From Lama guanicoe (Eukaryota), in the NCBI GenBank assembly GCA_013239625.1, contig MU054187.1, positions 11,429,231 through 11,493,230 on the forward strand: a stretch of 64,000 nucleotides of DNA. Reading direction: 5' to 3'. Position numbers and translations under genes: made by a program. Under the pieces are notes generated by a model. That model was given only the letters and a program-made list of their open reading frames with translations, ran no database searches and was not told where the DNA came from. This document shows, piece after piece, positions 53,278 through 64,000 of the stretch. Every line of letters starts with the position of its first letter. The stretch's first letter is position 1.

Positions 53278-54040
53278 CCTGCCCCGTGTCACTGCAGACG
53301 TCACCTGGCAAGGCCTGGAGGATTTACATAGCGTGAACGGAAGTGTCTCTGAGGACAGACAAAACTATAGACCTAGTCTGGCTGACTGGACTAATTACTT
53401 GAAGGATGTAGATAGAGAATTTGCACTGCTGAACAGTCACCATGAACAAAATAAAGCAAATGAGACTAAAAGTGCTCGAAGTGGTGGGTTCCTGGCTGCG
53501 TCCGCCGAGCATCCCGTGCCGGCAAGGGTGGCCTCCGCTGAGTCGGATGAAGACCCCAGGAGCAGGGCTGGGGAAGCACCTGCTTTGACCTTGCCAGCTG
53601 ACCTTCCAGCCCTGCATTCGAACCGACCAACATTCAGTCCAGAGAGTAAACTTGAATGGAATAATGACATTCCGGAAGTTAGTCGTTTGAATTCTGAACA
53701 CTGGAGAAATCATAGAACTGACCAATGGATGGAGCATGAGGAGATCAATGATGTTGAAACCGATTTCAGTGGTGACGGCCTGATGGAGCTGGGGCAGCCC
53801 AGGCGCGGGGACCGGAGGGAACTTCGCCGGGACGGTCGTCTCGAAGAAGATGTTTTGCAAGATCGGCTGCATCTTCCTGTGCATTCTGGTGTTGATTCCA
53901 CGCATCAGGGGATCCAAGTGTCCACCGTGGAGCAGCCTGACTCCTCCAGCAGCACCGAGACGATGTCAAACAAGGTGGAGAAGAATCGCAGGAGGGGAAG
54001 CTTCCAGAGTCTAGAAGGCAGTGCCTCCTTTCCACTCTGA
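53247..54040 (+). CDS. SULF1: Alternative-frame C-terminal extension of SULF1 (264 aa), reached by skipping the 34-nt exon
   Basis: G44208 plus AG 53247-53248 makes Glu; codons from 53249 are stop-free ([29 protein letters not shown]) and in frame with ORF 53333..54040 (offset 84 nt). Use of this frame is inferred, not shown. Confidence 0.7.
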
Positions 54041-54725
54041 TTAGATGCCATGTTACCTTGCCCTAAACACAGTATTGTTTTTTTTTTTAGCTTTTTCTTA
54101 GTAAACTAGCAAAGGCAATCATGACAACCAACATTCCAATGACCCCAGGTACACACGTGCAGTCGAAGTTAGTGCACAGGTGAGCAGCACGCACACACGG
54201 GAACTCGACGTCTGAGTCGAGCCGAGAGTAAGGTGGATTTGTGGGGTTTTGTTGGTTTGTTTGGGGGTACTAAAACAGTATTACCTTTTGAAAGTTGTAG
54301 GGAGGGACCTGCATATATAAATGGTATCCAATCAAGACGGCTAGAACTGTGCCTTTCTGAGTTTCTGAAACTTGACATCCTCCGTGAGCCTTTCAGCCCA
54401 CCTCCCACTGCCTGCGTAATGTGGTTTTAATTCATTTTTTAACCACTGGAATTTTTCAATGCCCTCACTTTTAGTTCAGCGATTTTGCACTTTGAGATCG
54501 GAATGCCACGTCTCTTTGGTTAGTCTTATTTTTTTTTTTAACAGGCTTGTCACAGTCTGACTGCCTGCTGTCAGTGTGGCAAAGTGAAATGGACCCCAGG
54601 ACGACACACAGTACGGATCCCATATTGTTCACTCTGCGCTTCTGCCAGAAACTGATGCATGTGTTTTACCTCGACTTGCTAAAATTGCTTAGCAGAAAGG
54701 CATGGCTAAGGATGTTGGCAGTAAA

Positions 54726-54748
54726 AATAAATAAAAAAACAAAATAAA
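54726..54748 (+). terminator. Proximal poly(A) signal cluster (three AATAAA)
   Basis: AATAAA at 54726, 54730 and 54743, followed by T/GT-rich sequence. Confidence 0.55.
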
Positions 54749-55547
54749 TGTTACCTGCTCTTTCTGTACCCAGACTCAAAGTGTTCATCTGCTTAAGATT
54801 TCTAAATTTTTATTATTTTCTTAACAGGATAAAAGGACTGAAGACTTTTTTCCCCCCATCTTTTTGTTTTCTTGACCTGGCTAATAAGCTTAAGTGTTGA
54901 GAAACTATGTTTTAGTTTTGAATTTATGTAAAGAATTTTTTTCAGTAAAACAAACTAATGAATGTTTCATAATTTAAATACAACATGTGCGTGGTATGAT
55001 TATTTTTAAGGCCTTCAGCAAGTTCTGTTTTTTTAAGGCATAGTTCAAAACTGTGTTCGAAATTTTGTATCCTCAAAAATATTCTTGTCATGTATTAGAT
55101 TTTTAAATACCAGCAAAAGGATTATTACCTCAGTAAGGGTTATCAGTATCCTAGCCAACTTCCCAAGGTTTTTTGTTTGTAGCTTAATAGTAATTTTCGT
55201 TTTATTTTTAGAGAATTCAAACACATAGGTAAATTATGTTTTCTTTAAGTGTTTAAGGTAATCTCTTTTAAAGAAAATTTAATATGCTATAGTTGAATCT
55301 TTGATAACTTTAAGTCTTTATCGTAGACTCTGTACATATGTTAAAATTAACTAGCTCTTTATCAGATAATGTGTGTCACCGGCTGAATGACAGAAGAAAC
55401 ATATTTATGGTCGTGAATGATGTGCTTTGTAAAAAGGCTTCAAATTACTAGGAAGCATACTGTGTTTTTTTAATCTTGTGTAATATTCTGTGATACTTTT
55501 ATAGAACAATTCTGGCTTCAGGAAAGTCTAGAAGCAATATTTCTTGA

Positions 55548-55553
55548 AATAAA
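55548..55553 (+). terminator. Distal poly(A) signal of SULF1
   Basis: AATAAA at the end of the AU-rich UTR, with TGTA upstream and T/GT-rich sequence downstream. Confidence 0.7.
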
Positions 55554-56199
55554 AGGTGTTTAAACTTTACCTGTTTCAGAGAAATGAACTTGACCCAGTT
55601 TTTGTGGTACGCACCCATTCCCTGCGAGTGAAACTGAGTCCCGATTTCAATTTGCATGATTAAACATTAGCCGTATTTGTTAAACTGACCCAAAGTCAGT
55701 GTCTCATAGAACATTCTCAGATTAACATGATTTCAACACAGAGGTGCCTCCATGATGTCCAGGGCAATGTGCAGATGCAGCCCCAGGGTGGCTGCCTGGG
55801 TATGCAACCTGAGCAGCTGCACTGGGCCAGCTGAACACTCTACTGTCGCCATCTTGAAATTCTCAATCGTTTTTGAACAAGGGACCCCACATTTCTATTT
55901 TTCACTGAACCTACTAATATGTATCCAGTCCTGGGAGTTTTTCAAAAGCAAGAGGACAGACCCATAGAAGGCAGCTTGGGTTCTTTGGGGACCTCACTAC
56001 CATCTAAGACCTCATGTTTTCTGACAGACAAGTTCTGTACGCTTTCTTCTGCACCACGTCTTCTGAGGAGTTTTCTCCCCTTCAGAGAGAGGGGCTAACA
56101 ATCTTGAAATGTCCAGAGCTCAGAGGTTAATAATAAAGGAAAAAAGCAAAGGACTTTGGGATTTGCCAGTTCCATCTTTGGATCGTTAAGGAAACCATC

Positions 56200-56571
56200 T
56201 GTGCTAGTTCGCTAGGGCTGCCATTACAGAACCACAGACTGGGGTTTACACAGCGGGAATTTATTCTCCCAGTTCTGGAGGCTGGAAGGCCAAGGCCAAG
56301 GCGTGAGTGGGTTTGGTTTCTCCCAGGGTCTCTCTTCGGTGGGCGGAGGGCCACCTTCTCCCGTGTCCTCACATGGCCTTTTCTCTGTGCATACACATCC
56401 CAGAAGTCTCTTCTTCTTATAAAAACACCAGTCGTCATATGGGATCAGGGCTCCACTCTTATGCCCTCACTTACCTTTACCTCTTTAAAGGTCTTATCTC
56501 CAGGTAGAGTCACACAGGGGATTGAGGCTTCAACATACAAATTTCGAGGGGATGCCCTTCAGTCTGTAACA
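56200..56571 (-). mobile_element. MLT1A-like (ERVL-MaLR) solo LTR
   Basis: TG...CA termini; aatttattctcccagttctggaggctggaag and gtgtcctcacatggc are typical MLT1 motifs. Confidence 0.8.
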
Positions 56572-59500
56572 CCCCAATCTCATCAAGAGAAGAATCCAAG
56601 ATAGCCATGCTGTCCAAAGACACATCACTGTGACCTGCTCCTTGATCCTTTCCTGTAAAATGTGATTAGGCCAAATGTTGCTATCCTGGAGAAAATTCCA
56701 CTTTAGTTCAATAACTATTTCTGGAGTAGCTACCCTGTGTAAGGGGCACAAGAAAGACTATTTCAGGTCAAGGGCCCTTGGAGACTGGCGCCAATTGGTC
56801 TCATTTGATCCATAAATAAGCTGACGCCCAGGAGGGCTGGGCTGATTTCCCATCTGCACATGCCCCGTGGGTTTAGAAGATGAAGAGGTTCAGCAGAGGT
56901 GAGGGCCAGCCCCTTTCTACTCTCTCTGTTTGAATCCACGCACATGTATGTACACACACACACACACACACCCCACATCGGTGAAGAGAGGCCACGGTGG
57001 CCCATCTGGTAAGGAGTAGTGGAAAGAAAAACAGACACGAAATTTCAGAAGATGAACCTCACTGCAAACTCTAGTTTTCACTCTCTGTATGGACTTGGGA
57101 AAGCCACATGCCCTCACAGCTCCTTTGATGATAAGATACGAGGTTCTAACTGAGGATGGCAAATGCATAGCGCACGGGCTTCTTTCCCCAAAATGTGCCC
57201 CGGAAAGACACTGCTGGTTCATCGAGACACGTCTCCGTTAATCCCAGCGTCCGTGCCCTTAGGGCCCCCAGCGCAGCCGGCTGCTTCTCCAGACAGCGAC
57301 TAGCCACACTGCTGAACTGGTGTTCCCAGTGGCCTGCAAGACAAAAACCTAGCTGCCACATCCAAATTAGATAACACCTGAGGCTCCTCCCAGTCTTCTT
57401 TTAAAAAAATTCCTGTGATTGTAGCATCTGCAGGGAGTTTTGGATGAGAGAGAAGGAATGAGGACTTCACCCTCCCACGCCACGCCGGACATATCCAAAC
57501 ATGCTGACCTCCTAAAAAAGATTTTTAAATGCTTTGTAAAAGAATTTTATTCATTCTTTTTTTTAAAAAAATTGAAGTATAGTCAGTTTACAATGTGTCT
57601 GGGGTCAAACGTGAAAGAATAACTGGCCACATTCATACCTTGTTCCTTCCCCCATTTCTGACCAAGAAACTCACCTGATGTGCCCACTGTTGGCGCTGGT
57701 CTAGTCAGCTCCCCTTCCTCCCAGTTACGCCGTGGACCCAGTGGAGGGCTTCACCAGCACTGAGGACCTCACCTTGGGCCCAGCAGCAAGCCCGCTGCTG
57801 AATGAAGCTGGTAGAGAGAATGACTTTCAAAAGTCAGATTTCTCCTTTTGGGACCAGGGTGTCCCTGCTCCCTGGTGTTAGGGAAAGCACTGTGGGGACA
57901 AAGGGTGCTACCGACGCTGAGGTCTTCCGTGCTCAGCGTTGCCTCACTTTTCTGCTGTGTGTACCTTTGGTTCTGCACATCCGGCCCCCACACAGGTGGG
58001 CAACCCAGGACGCCAGAATCTGCATTCTTGCCCCACAAACCTCTCCCCCGATGTTACCTCACTTCCCAGCCCCAACAGCACAGGTGACCCAGGGCTAGGG
58101 TGGAACCGTTCCAACCACTAATAGGTTTCAGCAGAAGAGGAGAGAACATCAGCCTTGCCACCCTAAAATGTGTCTGGTGGCTGGGAGCCCACAGCTCAAA
58201 CCAGGAACCAGAAGGGCCGAGGGATCAGTAGAGCATGTGTTTTCCGTAGCGACCATTAGGTGTGGCTCTAGTGCAACTAGAGACCTCTTTGCTGGGAGCC
58301 GGGACCCGGGCCCTGGCAAAGCTGCTGTAAGGCTCCCAAGGCTGCCATTTACAGTGATTTCTAAAGTAGCAGCACGACCCTTTTGACAAAGAAGCATCTA
58401 GAACAACCAGATTCATGGCAGGCTCGCTCTTTCTTCAGTGCCGAGGCTCTTAGCCATGCCAGCAGATGAAAGAACAGTTCAGCTTTCTACTGATTTTGGC
58501 TCGTATTTTGAGTTGGAACTGCATCAAACTTTGACATTTAAATTCAAAAGTGAGCACCCAATATTGATCTCCTCGCTTCCTAATGACTCTGCGCAATTAA
58601 AAATGGTTTTTTTGGCTCCCATTCGCCGAAGCTACAGAAGCCATCTCTGCCCAGCAGGCAATTATAAAAAGAAGAAAGGAACTGGATGCTTTTGACCAGC
58701 TCTTGAAATGCTGAGGTTGTACCAAGCTGAGGCTAAAGCAAGGAAGATGAGTGGCCACATTCCTAACCTTTCTGCTCTCTTCATTTCTTCAAGAGAAATT
58801 TTTTTTCCCTCTATTTCAAATGGCACAACATCCAAAACGGCTCTGCCTCTCCCTTGAAAGTGTGGGATACTGAAGAGATTCAAGAGAAATGCCTTTGCTT
58901 AAATGGCACACACAGTTGAAGAGAAGATGGTAGCGTTGGGCGGGAGTTACTATTAGCTCTTTGCATAAATGGCTCCCTTGATAAATGCACAAAGCCATGG
59001 AGGAAAGTAAAGGTTTGCCCAGAAGTCAGCACAGATGCACACACTCCTGCCAATAATCCATGTATCTTGGGCCACTGTGACCTTTTAATATAGGTGTATG
59101 CAAGGGAGTGATGGAGTGAGAAACAGAAACCAGTTGCTCTGCGTTCCACCTGGAGAGTGCTCAAGGCTGGATTCTAAATAAACCACTTTGCACTTCAGTC
59201 TCTGAGTCATGCTGTTTTTTTTTTCCATGGCTGTTATTTCCATGGCTCCTTCTGCCTCTCACCCAAAAATTTTAGATGCCCGTGGTCTTAGAAAACTTTG
59301 CTGACCATCAGAGGAGACCTCAAAATCCAGTGCTTTTTCACTGTGGTTGGAGTCTGAGCAGAAGTTCTCCCTCCAGTACCTCCTTGAGTAATGAGTAGCT
59401 TCTTTTTCAGTAGACATTGGGGAAAGGCAGTTTTAACGGCTTTGTTGACCAAGTTTTGATAGTTACTCCTTTGGAAATCATTCTTTTTTATGCTTGAGAC

Positions 59501-59739
59501 TTTCCTTTGGTTTAGAATAGTGTGCTGGATTCCTTTGGGAATATCCTTAAGCCATCATGGCCAACTGTGTGGCCAAGAATAACAGCCACGAAATGCCTGC
59601 CATTCCCCCCCACCCCCCAACATTTCCAAGATTCTAGCGGTTAGGCAGTGACGTGGCACTAGTTCAGACCAATGCGATGTGACAAGTGTCACTTTTGGGC
59701 TGAGGAAGAAAAAAACCCTTTACCTTTCTCTGGGCTCTT

Positions 59740-59955
59740 CCTTTGTCTTAGCAACCAAAACCAACTCTGAAAGTTCCAGATGGTGTAGCTTCAAGATGGG
59801 GGAGCCTTGTCAGGCTGGGCCCCTGATGGACTCTGTGGAACAGGTCCACATAGACATGTCCTATAAATGAGAAAGACACCTTTGTGCTATGAAGCCACTG
59901 AGATTTGGGCGTTGGCATTACTTAAGCATAAAGCAGCCTATCCTGGTTAACGTCA
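59740..59955 (+). mobile_element. Old MLT1 (J/K-like) LTR fragment
   Basis: aagccactgagatttggg...gcagcctatcctg 3' end motif. Confidence 0.55.
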
Positions 59956-62149
59956 ACCATATGCAAGGCACAGAGTTCAGCCGCCCCAAATTCTGTTTGA
60001 ATTTAAATAGATAAGTGGTGAAATATTTAAAATTATTCTTTTTAAGTGACACAGTGGACAAATGTGCAACTGCAGGCTCCTAAAACTAAAGTCCTAATTG
60101 TTTACATGTAGGACACTTGGCTTCACGGCAGAGTTATCAGTTACATAAGGAGTTCATTTCTGCCGTTTTTCAGAGTTGAGGCCATTTATTCCCATCAAAC
60201 CCCTGAGTCTTTACAGTGGGAGATCACACTGGCATCACTGCTTCATCTTTTAAACAATAAAAATCCTAAGAGACAAACTAATTTCAATCCAACACACTTT
60301 ATTCTTTTTTACTTTTTTTCTGAATTTTCAATGATCAAGTATTCAAGAGGTTGTAAACCAAGGTTTATTAGTACATTGACAATAGATTTCATTAAACACA
60401 GGAAACTATATATACATCTTTTAAATTACCCTAAGAGGTCTCCAAATAAATATTCATTTTAAAAATCACAAAATCAAAGTCCTTTATGCAACAATGCAAA
60501 ACACCCTTTCATCACAAGCACACTTCTACACACAAAAACACACACGCTGAACACACACTCCACTAGGATCCTAATGCCAGTTCATCTGACACAGCATTAC
60601 ATTTCCTTTAACTCAAGAGTTAGAGGCTGACCTGTCTGTTTCATGCTTCTAAATTAATATTTGCAGTTTGGGGTGGAGGTATGTATTTTAAGAAAAATGC
60701 CCACTGTAAAGTCTTACCAATTATTCTTCTTTTTCATTTCTACATACAAACTTTAAACTTCTTTTGTTCACCCCTTTGGTTTAATACGTCCCTGCAATGA
60801 CTTTAGTTTTCAATAAGATCTTCTTCAATTTTTAACATGTAATAGTGGAATACCAGAAAGAGACAACACCTTCAAAACCTCAACATTAAAAAACACCTAA
60901 CATGGGTGTAAGTTTTTTTTGGAGAAGAAATAAGAAAAGATTATCTGAAATATTTTCCTCCTCTCTGAAATTACTTTTAGCATCCGATTACTCTTGCTAA
61001 AATAAATATCAAAAGCGCTGAGTTTTCCATTAGAAAAAAGCATTATCCCTTACACTCTTCATTTTTGCAGCGTAAAGTTCATGGATTAATTGTAATGTAA
61101 TGAGTGCTTGTTTTCTGAGAAGTTCTCCAGATTTCCAAAAGCAAAGCACATGCAGTCCCTTATTGGTGAAATGCTGTGAATTCATTGGTGCATTTTCGTG
61201 GTGAGCATGCTTCATCAAATACTTTTAGCACCGGGGCATTTAGTTTTTAATGTTGCAAAAGCAAATACCCAGGGAGGGTCTTCATCATATTTGACCCTTC
61301 CAAGGGCTGAGTGAAAACGAACTGCTTAAAATAACCTCTTCAAATATACACAGATCTAATTCCAATGTAGCAAGGAGTCTGAGACAGACACAGCCAGCAG
61401 CATCCCGGAAGACGAGGAAAGGAGAGAAGACAGAAAAGATAAAGTGCATGAGGCCACTGACTCTGCCTTGCCAGCCATGGCACTCCCTTCCACTCTATGA
61501 AAGAGGAAGTGCAGATGCATGTGTGTGTAAAGGATATCTCCCAGTTTGCATAACAGAATTAGCAAACCTGCAGACTAGGCAATTCTGGGATTATGCAGTA
61601 TTTTGATATCTATCTGCTACTTAGAATATTCAGTTTGAACCTATATATCAATAGTTATATTGGTATTTCTGTACCACTTACGATGTTTTAAGTACACACA
61701 AAATCACAAAGTATAATTGGCTACCGCCCTAGGCTTAGGCTGTCCAGCTAGTCCTGGGCACAACTAGAGAATTTCAGCAAATGCTTCAGGTCCATTCATG
61801 TTATGAAGCTTCTCCCTGGTGCACCTGTCATTGATAACAAACAGGCTCCAAAAAGAAACTTTCTGACTCCAAGTCCACCAAAGAATGCAAGAGTAAGGGA
61901 GAATTTTCTGGCCAAATACATGTAAATTTACCCTGAAAATCTAAACATGAAATTTTGATGTTTCCTACAGCTTTTTTTTCCTATTTTACACAAAGAAATA
62001 ATAACTTCCCTACAGTCAGAAACAGTAACGCATCAAAAACTGAAATGCTGCACCTCACTATCTCATAGTCACACCTTGCCTGTGTTAACAGAAACTACTG
62101 TACACGTTACGTACCGTAAGCAGTGAGCAACAAGACAGAGAAATGGACG

Positions 62150-62340
62150 TATGAACCCTGACTTGGCCACTCTGTACAATCCTAAACAACTTGCTTTACC
62201 TCTCTGAGCCTGTTTTCATGATCTCTTTTAAAAACAATAAAAACAGCTACCTTGCAAAGTTATTAGGAGGATTAAAGTGCATGATGTACATTAAATGCTT
62301 GACAAAATGCTCTGAAAATAGTCAACATTCAGCTAACGCT
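62150..62340 (+). mobile_element. MIR SINE
   Basis: ttgctttacctctctgagcctgttttcatgatct...gaggattaaa. Confidence 0.65.
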
Positions 62341-63214
62341 GACTTGTTTCCTCTCTGCTGTCCCTTTCTTTCCCCTGTCCTAGTTCTGAATGACTTTGGA
62401 CTATTTTCAAGAGTTAAATCCACCTGCAAAGGATAAAGATTTCAAGCTAATGAAGATAACCAAAATAATGTGCACAAACGCCCATCCACCCTCTGGGAGT
62501 TTCTAAATTAATAGGCTAGACTCAAGGATGTTATATTTGCATATTAAAGCCAAATAATACATTAATCTACAGAATTTATAAATGAACAAATGGCCTTTCC
62601 AAAAAGCAATTAGAAGCCTAAGCTCACAGAGAGTGGCAATTAAACTTATAATAGGAATTGTGACTCTAAAGTAACATGACCAACTTGTTACCAAGCATAT
62701 AAGGGCCTCATATATACAATTAAACAGTGTCATCTATCAAATGGTCACTTTAGTTGACTGTAATATCCCAATGATGCTACCAGAGCCCAAAGGGTTTTGG
62801 GGACAACTCTTAATTGGTACATTTTTCAAATCTTCAGTCCCCCATGATTTTTGCTACTTATTCTACATTCACCAACAATATACGAATGATACATCTGCTA
62901 TCTGCAATTACCAGATACTTGAGAAAGTGCAATATTAACATTGCGGTGTACAGTTTGGGCCAAATTCTTTGAATTTTGGCCTACTCAACCCAAAGGATTG
63001 CACAGAGTGGCAGGTGGTGACTGGACAAGAGGGCGCCTGACAGAGAAGTGGCGCTCAGTCCATGACGGCTGGACAAGGTGGGGGAGGGGGAAGCCCCAAT
63101 TGTGCCTGGTGAGTGAGTCCATTTCCTATCCCAGATTTCTAAGAGCCGCTCCTTTCCACAAAGCGCTACCAAGAAGAAAGGAATTCTACCTGTTGGAACA
63201 CACAATCTTGGCTA

Positions 63215-63252
63215 CAAAAAAAAAAAAAAAAAAAAAAAAAAAAGAAAGAAAA
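63215..63252. repeat. Poly-A tract
   Basis: Long A run followed by gaaa repeats. Confidence 0.9.
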
Positions 63253-64000
63253 AGGGCCAATCCCACTAAAACTCTCTCAATACAGGATCTAAACGATCAG
63301 AGTAAAATTACAAAAACACCACCTTTTCCAAATCTACGTATCTTTAGCTCCAACGTGAAAGGAAACTTTCTCTTCTGAAGGATCAAAGATCTCCCACAAA
63401 GAGTGAAGGGCATCACTGAGGCCCCAGAGTGGACATGAAGATGATCAGCAATATCTCTGCAGACCTTCAGCAGACACCACGTTGACCAAAGTTGGACAGA
63501 CACAGTGTAACCATAGGCAACGGTGGTTCTTATGACTTAGCCAAACGAGCCTGTTCCAGGGGAAGTACGTCCTTGTCACCTGGGACCACGGACTCCACCC
63601 CTTGTAGACATTGCTTAGTTTAACAGCGATTACCCTCTCCATAAACCGCACACAACCAAGAGAGCCGCCTGACCAAGGCCATTCCCAGGTAGAGAGGAAA
63701 ACCACCTTGGACCCAGGGACAGTCACACAACCCCGCCCGTGCAGCCACGCATGGAGGGCAGAAAGCCCAAATCATGGGTCAGTCGCACCCCTTCGGAGGG
63801 AGAGTGTCCACCAGCCGAGGAAACCGTTCCCCAAGTCAGCCCGACGTAAGCTTAGGCTCCTTGGTGGTAACAGTTCACGATCACATTGATATCTGCACGT
63901 CATAGTCCCTCCCAAATCTGAGTTGTCATTATGCTTTTTCTGAGCAGCCAGAGGCCATGAGTTAACTTGCTATCAGTCCACAGTGCTGTCAGGAGGCATC

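Larger units (their letters stand above)
53278..55575 (+). other. SULF1: SULF1 3' UTR (canonical isoform); end approximate
   Basis: Runs from the stop to ~20 nt past the distal AATAAA; AU-rich and free of recognisable repeats. Confidence 0.75.
60280..64000 (-). other. Probable 3' UTR of a convergent minus-strand gene (SLCO5A1 by recalled mammalian synteny); no coding sequence visible
   Basis: TTTATT (minus-strand AATAAA) at 60298 and 60364; long AT-rich, repeat-poor stretch. Identity rests on synteny only. Confidence 0.4.

Noticed and set aside
53275..53283. Stop-codon readthrough as the route into the extension
   Set aside because: The context is TAA-CCT rather than TGA-CTAG, and the extension is in a different frame.
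53324..53917. 197-aa minus-strand ORF
   Set aside because: It overlaps the + strand extension and has no recognisable motifs or splice context; best explained as an antisense shadow.
53333..54040. 235-aa ORF as an independent downstream gene
   Set aside because: It starts at GTG, and the frame is open back to the SULF1 acceptor at 53247, so it fits a spliced SULF1 extension better.

Overview
Mammalian genomic DNA, probably a camelid: it carries Vic-1-like tRNA-derived SINEs and artiodactyl-type L1 3' ends, and I saw no Alu, B1/B2, Bov-tA or PRE-1. The + strand carries the last 17 coding exons of SULF1 (extracellular heparan-sulfate 6-O-endosulfatase 1), from 5400 to the stop at 53277. All introns are GT-AG and the exon phases are continuous. 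The 3' UTR has proximal (~54726) and distal (55548) poly(A) signals. The N-terminal exons, including the catalytic Cys/formylglycine, lie upstream of the window. The last ~3.7 kb is probably the 3' UTR of a convergent minus-strand gene (SLCO5A1 by recalled synteny, low confidence). Main finding: the penultimate exon is a 34-nt frame-shifting microexon flanked by RBFOX, QKI and YCAY motifs. Skipping it joins the previous exon to a stop-free frame running 53247-54040 through the nominal 3' UTR. This replaces the last 21 residues with a 264-aa acidic tail containing a DFSG glycosaminoglycan-attachment-like motif, giving a candidate ~1107-aa splice-switched, proteoglycan-like SULF1 isoform. Comparisons with human sequences are from memory and need checking by alignment.
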